A stretch of DNA of 64,000 nucleotides from Paludibacteraceae bacterium (GTDB lineage: Bacteria; Bacteroidota; Bacteroidia; Bacteroidales; Paludibacteraceae): positions 20,250 to 84,249 of the forward strand of contig JAFSKL010000010.1 in the NCBI GenBank assembly GCA_017448985.1, in the 5' to 3' direction. Positions 60,535 to 64,000 of this stretch are shown here, in pieces; position 1 is the first letter of the stretch; the number at the start of each line of letters is the position of its first letter. The translations under genes were made by a program, and so were the position numbers. Below the pieces are notes generated by a model. The model saw only the letters and a program-made list of their open reading frames with translations, was not told where the DNA came from and ran no database searches.

Positions 60535-62448
60535 TTACGCTTTTTCTTCATTCTTTGGATTGCTCGGAGTCTGTTCCGCAGGCTTGTCCGCTTTTTTTCT
60601 CCGCGTCCGTTTCTTGGCCGTTGCCGGAGCTTTGGTCTCTGCGGGAGATTTCTCTGCCGGTTCTACAGGCGCCGGCTTGGCTGCTTTCTTAGAACTTCGG
60701 CGAGTCGTCTTTTTCTTCGGAGTCTCCGCTTTGGGTTGCTCTGCAGGTTTCTGCTTTTGCTCTACCTGTTTTGGCTTCTGCTTTTGCTCGACGGGTTTGG
60801 GCTTCTCAACCGATTTTGGTTGCGCCACCGGTTTCGGTTGCTCCACCGGTTTCGGTGGTTCTGCCTTCACCTCTTTCTTCGGCTCCGCTTTGGGCTGCTC
60901 GTGCGTTAGCGGCACGATCTGTCCTTTTGCATCATAGAACCGCATTTCCAGCATGCCGAGAGACTGATTCTCAATCACTTTGACGCCGTACTGCCGTTGC
61001 CATTGTGCCTTGAGCGACAGCAGCCATCCTCGGCTGACATAGGCAAACACATACGGATGCAGATGGAGTCTCAAGCCTCGTCCGTGCTCGTTGTACAATC
61101 GCTCGCAAGTCTCCGCCACCTGGTCGGTAAAGAAGATAGACGACTGGATTTTGCCTTTGCCCATACAGGTCGGACAGGTCTCCATCACCTCTATTTCCAC
61201 CGCGGGTCGTACCCGTTGGCGCGTGATTTGCATCAAGCCGAACTTGCTGAGCGGCAGCACGTTATGCTTAGCGCGGTCGTGTTCCATCAACTTGCGTACA
61301 TACTCGTACAACTGCTGCTGGTGGCCTTTGTCATCCATATCGATAAAATCGACGATGATGATGCCGCCTATATCGCGCAGACGCAACTGGTGAACCAATT
61401 CGTCCGCTGCCAGCATGTTGAACTGGAAAGCGTTTTCCTCCTGGTCCTCGTAGATCTTCTTGCTGCCGGAATTGACATCAATGGAGAATAGTGCTTCGGT
61501 TTTGTCGATGATCAGATACCCGCCATGCTTGAAACCGACCGTTCTGCCGAGGCCCGTCTTCATCTGACGGGTGATGTCGAAATGGTCGAAGATAGGTTGT
61601 GAGCCTTGATACAATTGGACAATCTTGGCGCTCTCAGGCGCAATCAGTTCCAGATAATGCCGCACTTCGTCATAGATTTCGCGGTCGTTAATCTGAATGG
61701 TTGTGAAATCGGGGCTGAGCACATCGCGGATGATTCCGAGCGTACGGCCCATCTCTTCGTTCACCAGGCTTACGGGCTCGCGTTGTTGCAGGGTCTTTAC
61801 CGTTTGCTCCCAACGCTCGACCAGTAAGCGCAACTCATTGTCCAGTTCGGCTACGCGTTTGTCTTCTGCTACTGTACGTACGATGATTCCGAAGCCCTGC
61901 GGCTTGATCGAAAGCATCAATTGTTTTAGACGCTGGCGTTCTGCCTCGCGTTTAATCTTCTGGGATACCATCACGCCGTCGGCGAAGGGGATGAGGACGA
62001 TATTACGTCCCGCTATCGATATCTCTGCCGTCAAGCGAGGACCTTTGGTATTAATTGGCTCTTTCGAGACCTGTACCAAGATCGGTTCGCCCACTTTGAG
62101 GACATCGGCTATTTGCCCCTCTTTGCCTACTTCGGGTTGACGCTGGGTCTTCGTGATCGAAGGCACACGGCGCCGGTCCGAAACGGCTTTGGTAACATAC
62201 GTTTGCAGCGTACGAAACTGAGAACCTAAATCCAAATAATGCAGAAAAGCTTCTTTTTCATGACCTACATCTACAAAAACCGCATTCAGCGCCGGCATCA
62301 CCTTTTTGACGCGTCCGTAGTAGATATTGCCTACGGCAAAATTGTCCTGGTCCCGTTTCTCGCGTGCCACTTCCTGCAAGCGATCATTTTCGGTCAGCGC
62401 AATCGCGATCTCTTGTGGCTGTACGTCCACAATCAATTCGCTTTTCAT
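60535..62448 (-). CDS. rng: Ribonuclease E/G family protein with a long Lys/Pro/Glu/Gln-rich C-terminal tail
   Basis: S1 domain (GNIYYGRVKKVMPALNAVFVDVG), IIVDFIDM catalytic site and CPTCMGKG zinc link. The last ~115 aa are low-complexity repeats (KPVEQPKPVAQPKSVEKPKPVEQKQKPKQVEQKQKP). Confidence 0.9.
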   Translation of the reverse strand: MKSELIVDVQPQEIAIALTENDRLQEVAREKRDQDNFAVGNIYYGRVKKVMPALNAVFVDVGHEKEAFLHYLDLGSQFRTLQTYVTKAVSDRRRVPSITKTQRQPEVGKEGQIADVLKVGEPILVQVSKEPINTKGPRLTAEISIAGRNIVLIPFADGVMVSQKIKREAERQRLKQLMLSIKPQGFGIIVRTVAEDKRVAELDNELRLLVERWEQTVKTLQQREPVSLVNEEMGRTLGIIRDVLSPDFTTIQINDREIYDEVRHYLELIAPESAKIVQLYQGSQPIFDHFDITRQMKTGLGRTVGFKHGGYLIIDKTEALFSIDVNSGSKKIYEDQEENAFQFNMLAADELVHQLRLRDIGGIIIVDFIDMDDKGHQQQLYEYVRKLMEHDRAKHNVLPLSKFGLMQITRQRVRPAVEIEVMETCPTCMGKGKIQSSIFFTDQVAETCERLYNEHGRGLRLHLHPYVFAYVSRGWLLSLKAQWQRQYGVKVIENQSLGMLEMRFYDAKGQIVPLTHEQPKAEPKKEVKAEPPKPVEQPKPVAQPKSVEKPKPVEQKQKPKQVEQKQKPAEQPKAETPKKKTTRRSSKKAAKPAPVEPAEKSPAETKAPATAKKRTRRKKADKPAEQTPSNPKNEEKA

Positions 62449-62457
62449 ACTTGCTTT

Positions 62458-62547
62458 TTACTTATGTTTATGACGATTCTTACGCAGACGTTTTTTACGT
62501 TTGTGCGTGGACATCTTATGTCTCTTATGCTTTTTTCCGTTTGGCAT
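62458..62547 (-). CDS. 29-aa extremely basic peptide (bS22 / AURKAIP1-COX24-like small ribosome-associated protein family)
   Basis: Not in the ORF track (too short). Minus strand reads MPNGKKHKRHKMSTHKRKKRLRKNRHKHK-stop, ending 9 nt upstream of the rng ATG. Confidence 0.6.
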   Translation of the reverse strand: MPNGKKHKRHKMSTHKRKKRLRKNRHKHK

Positions 62548-62599
62548 AATTGAAATAATGATTTAATAATTGTTATTGAAATTCAGTTAATTATCGTTT

Positions 62600-62872
62600 T
62601 TAGCGTACCTTTGCCGAAAAATCTTTGGCAGGTTTGAAATGAACGACTCTGTGTGCGGGCACGTCAACGGAGATACAACGGTTGATGTCGCGAGCCGTTT
62701 TGGCGGCACGGTGTTTGCATACAAAACTGCCAAATCCGCGAAGGAATACATCATTGTCTTCTGCCAATTGCTTCTTCACCGTATCCATAAAGCCCTCTAC
62801 AATCACGCTTATCGTACGCTTGTCGTACCCCGTAGAGATTGCCAATTCATTAATGAGTTCAGCTTTTGTCAT
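62600..62872 (-). CDS. hup: HU family DNA-binding protein
   Basis: MTKAELINELA...FLRGFGSF...R.ARNP-like arm...VHFKPAKDF. Start set at ATG 62872, downstream of -7 box 62917-62924. Confidence 0.9.
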   Translation of the reverse strand: MTKAELINELAISTGYDKRTISVIVEGFMDTVKKQLAEDNDVFLRGFGSFVCKHRAAKTARDINRCISVDVPAHRVVHFKPAKDFSAKVR

Positions 62873-62916
62873 ATCTTTTTTTACTGTTTTAGTTAATAAA
62901 AATCGAAAAACGGCTG

Positions 62917-62924
62917 CAAAGTTA
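62917..62924 (-). promoter_or_regulatory. -7 box TAACTTTG for the HU gene
   Basis: TAnnTTTG on the minus strand, 45 nt upstream of ATG 62872. Confidence 0.5.
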
Positions 62925-62963
62925 CTACAAATTATTGAAATACGAAAGTTTTTGGCAAAAAAA

Positions 62964-62995
62964 ATTGCAAATTTGTGTTTTTTTTTGTACTTTTG
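62964..62995 (+). promoter_or_regulatory. mutY promoter
   Basis: ATTG, 20 nt spacer, TACTTTTG. Confidence 0.5.
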
Positions 62996-63037
62996 CACCG
63001 ATTTTTGAGAAATTTAACGCTAAATGGCGCATTTTTT

Positions 63038-64000
63038 ATGCTCAACACGCTATTATATAGTCATTTATACCGATGGTATGAATCCAATCGTCGCATTTTG
63101 CCTTGGCGCGAGACGGAAGACCCGTATCGCATATGGCTGAGTGAGGTCATTTTGCAGCAAACTCGTGTGGCACAGGGTCTTGACTATTACCTTCGTTTCG
63201 TTTCCCGATGGCCGACGGTTGAGGACCTGGCTTCGGCGGACGAAGCGGAAGTGCTGCGTGAATGGCAGGGGCTGGGCTATTACAGCCGGGCACGCAATCT
63301 GCATAAGGCAGCGAGGATGATTGTCGAAAGCAAAGGAGGCTTAAAGGCTGGTCAAACCGTGTTCCCAACTTCGTTTGAAGCGATTCGTGCGTTGCCGGGT
63401 ATAGGCGATTATACGGCAGGAGCCATCGCTTCGTTCGCCTATGACATGCCTTATCCGGCCGTGGACGGCAATGTCTATCGGGTCGTGGCACGGTTGTTGG
63501 ATATAGACGAGCCTTTTGATACGACGGCCGGAAAGAAACTCTTTCGCAAGCATATAGAGCAGTTGCTGGACCGTGAACACCCGCGCCTGTTCAACTCTGC
63601 GATTATGGAGTTCGGAGCCTTGCAATGTACGCCAGTCTTAGGCGACAACTGCCTCAGTTGTCCGCTCCAGGCGCAATGTCTGGCCTATGCGCACGGCACG
63701 GCGGAACTGCTGCCTGTTCGCAAGCCGAGACCAAAAGTGCGTGACCGATGGTTCACTTATCATATCTATCTGACGACAATGGACAATGGACAATGGACAA
63801 TGGATAATGTTTGTACACTTATCCGGCGCCGAGAAGAAAAAGACATCTGGTATCACTTGTATGAGTTTCCGTGTGAGGAATCTAACAGTAGTCTAACAGG
63901 CGAAGCCGGTCCAACAGCAAAGCGGTCCAACAGCAAAGCGATCCTACAGGCACAGCCGGTCTATGCGTTTACGCATATTTTGTCTCACCAACGCATACAC
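63038..64000 (+). CDS. mutY: A/G-specific adenine DNA glycosylase (3' end beyond the window)
   Basis: Not in the ORF track (open at the edge). ILPWRETEDPYRIWLSEVILQQTRV, GLGYYSRARNLH, LPGIGDYTAGAI and the 4Fe-4S motif C..V......C..CPL...C. Contains arrays at 63774-63808 and 63879-63961. Confidence 0.9.
   Translation, partial: MLNTLLYSHLYRWYESNRRILPWRETEDPYRIWLSEVILQQTRVAQGLDYYLRFVSRWPTVEDLASADEAEVLREWQGLGYYSRARNLHKAARMIVESKGGLKAGQTVFPTSFEAIRALPGIGDYTAGAIASFAYDMPYPAVDGNVYRVVARLLDIDEPFDTTAGKKLFRKHIEQLLDREHPRLFNSAIMEFGALQCTPVLGDNCLSCPLQAQCLAYAHGTAELLPVRKPRPKVRDRWFTYHIYLTTMDNGQWTMDNVCTLIRRREEKDIWYHLYEFPCEESNSSLTGEAGPTAKRSNSKAILQAQPVYAFTHILSHQRIH
63774..63808. repeat. Heptamer array x5 inside mutY
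   Basis: CGACAAT GGACAAT GGACAAT GGACAAT GGATAAT. Encodes TMDNGQWTMDN. Confidence 0.9.
63879..63961. repeat. Compound 11-mer and 16/17-mer tandem tract inside mutY
   Basis: AATCTAACAGT AGTCTAACAGG, then GCCGGTCCAACAGCAAA GCGGTCCAACAGCAAA GCGATCCTACAGGCACA GCCGGTC. Confidence 0.75.

Noticed and set aside
1-64000. Search for tRNA, rRNA, tmRNA, transposase, integrase, phage, restriction-modification, CRISPR-Cas or other defence genes
   Set aside because: I found none. There are no GTTCGAATC-type T-arm signatures in the intergenic DNA. Every ORF longer than 100 aa not listed as a feature is an antisense shadow. The window is essentially core genome, apart from the 8.2-11 kb islet and the small cassettes.

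Overview
This 64-kb chromosomal segment looks like a Bacteroidota (Bacteroidales-like) genome. Evidence: many promoters with the TTTG(-33)/TAnnTTTG(-7) architecture, a T9SS C-terminal sorting-domain protein, meso-DAP dehydrogenase, KorAB, and DUF1599/BT_3928-type neighbours of tpiA. I call 56 protein-coding genes, almost all core housekeeping. They include gmd-fcl, pepT, gcvT, lepA, murC-ftsQ-ftsA-ftsZ, waaA, hisS, tpiA, pyrH-frr-rsgA, korAB, pheT, prfC, dcp, serC-serA, ddh, an RNase E/G gene, HU and mutY. I found no rRNA, tRNA, CRISPR array, transposase, integrase or phage gene, and no recognisable defence system. The most unusual property is not a gene cluster. About 45 short-period tandem arrays occur across the window, mostly degenerate 7-mers such as GGAAAAT/GGACAAT/TGAAAAT, AAATTAA, AATGAAT, GTTGAAA and TTCAGTA, with some 8-, 9-, 11- and 16/17-mers. 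They make up most short intergenic spacers and often supply the stop or start codons of the flanking genes. At least 17 of them also sit in frame inside conserved housekeeping genes: murC x4, waaA x3, pheT x2, mutY x2, gmd, gcvT, lepA, hisS, rsgA and a carboxyltransferase. Inside genes the unit variants avoid in-frame stop codons. Other points of interest: (1) inverted heptamer arrays bracket a four-helix-bundle (23S-IVS-type) gene, with an 'empty' counterpart elsewhere; (2) a ~118-bp intergenic element occurs twice in the same orientation relative to transcription; (3) three interdigitated divergent promoter cassettes are built on a 16-bp palindrome; (4) a 29-codon very basic micro-ORF lies upstream of the RNase E/G gene; (5) an orphan promoter-terminator pair may define an sRNA; (6) an AT-rich islet holds a possible toxin-antitoxin pair, a structured noncoding element and an acyltransferase; (7) a translationally coupled two-gene operon has unknown function. 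All functional calls come from reading the translations, and nothing was searched against a database.
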